From Fistulifera solaris (taxonomy: Eukaryota), in assembly GCA_030295235.1 (NCBI GenBank), contig AP026157.1, forward strand, positions 434,001 to 470,601: a stretch of DNA of 36,601 bases, in the 5' to 3' direction. The position numbers and the translations under genes are program-made. The notes beneath the pieces were generated by a model. That model ran no database searches. It worked only from the letters and a program-made list of their open reading frames with translations, and was not told where the DNA came from. Below, in pieces: positions 36,401 through 36,601 of this stretch (positions within the stretch are counted from its first letter, which is position 1; every line of letters begins with the position of its first letter).

Positions 36401-36601
36401 TAGGGTTAGGGTTAGGGTTAGGGTTAGGGTTAGGGTTAGGGTTAGGGTTGGGGTTGGGGTTAGGGGTTGAGGGTTAGGGTTAGGGTTAGGGTTGGGGTTA
36501 GGGTTAGGGTTAGGGTTGGGGTTGAGGGTTAGGGTTAGGGTTAGGGTTAGGGTTGGGGTTAGGGTTAGGGTTAGGGTTAGGGTTAGGGTTAGGGTTAGGG
36601 T
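36401..36601 (+). repeat. Telomeric repeat array (TTAGGG)n with some variant units
   Basis: About 33 hexamer units run to the end of the sequence, with the G-rich strand oriented 5'->3' toward the terminus. Confidence 0.98.

Overview
This is the right-hand end of a eukaryotic chromosome, most likely from a diatom. That is inferred from a Ty1/copia element resembling diatom CoDi elements, an ASAFAP-type plastid presequence, 60-135 nt GT-AG introns and a (TTAGGG)n telomere at 36401-36601. From left to right the window holds: the 3' half of a copia LTR retrotransposon; two intronless secreted or surface protein genes interleaved with decayed fragments of a second copy of the ASPM 3' end; intact ASPM; an LRR gene; a small plastid-targeted protein; a BIRC6/UBE2O-class E2 with three SUMO-interacting-like motifs; a large Sec7 ARF-GEF (BIG type); a degenerate ~210-bp repeat relic; three tandem 3-exon paralogues sharing an uncharacterised Cys/His domain; and an F-box+FIST gene starting about 860 bp from the telomere. 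Many genes carry single-base frameshifts, mostly in homopolymer runs. These are probably long-read consensus errors rather than biology. All calls were made by eye from the sequence and the ORF track, with no database searches.
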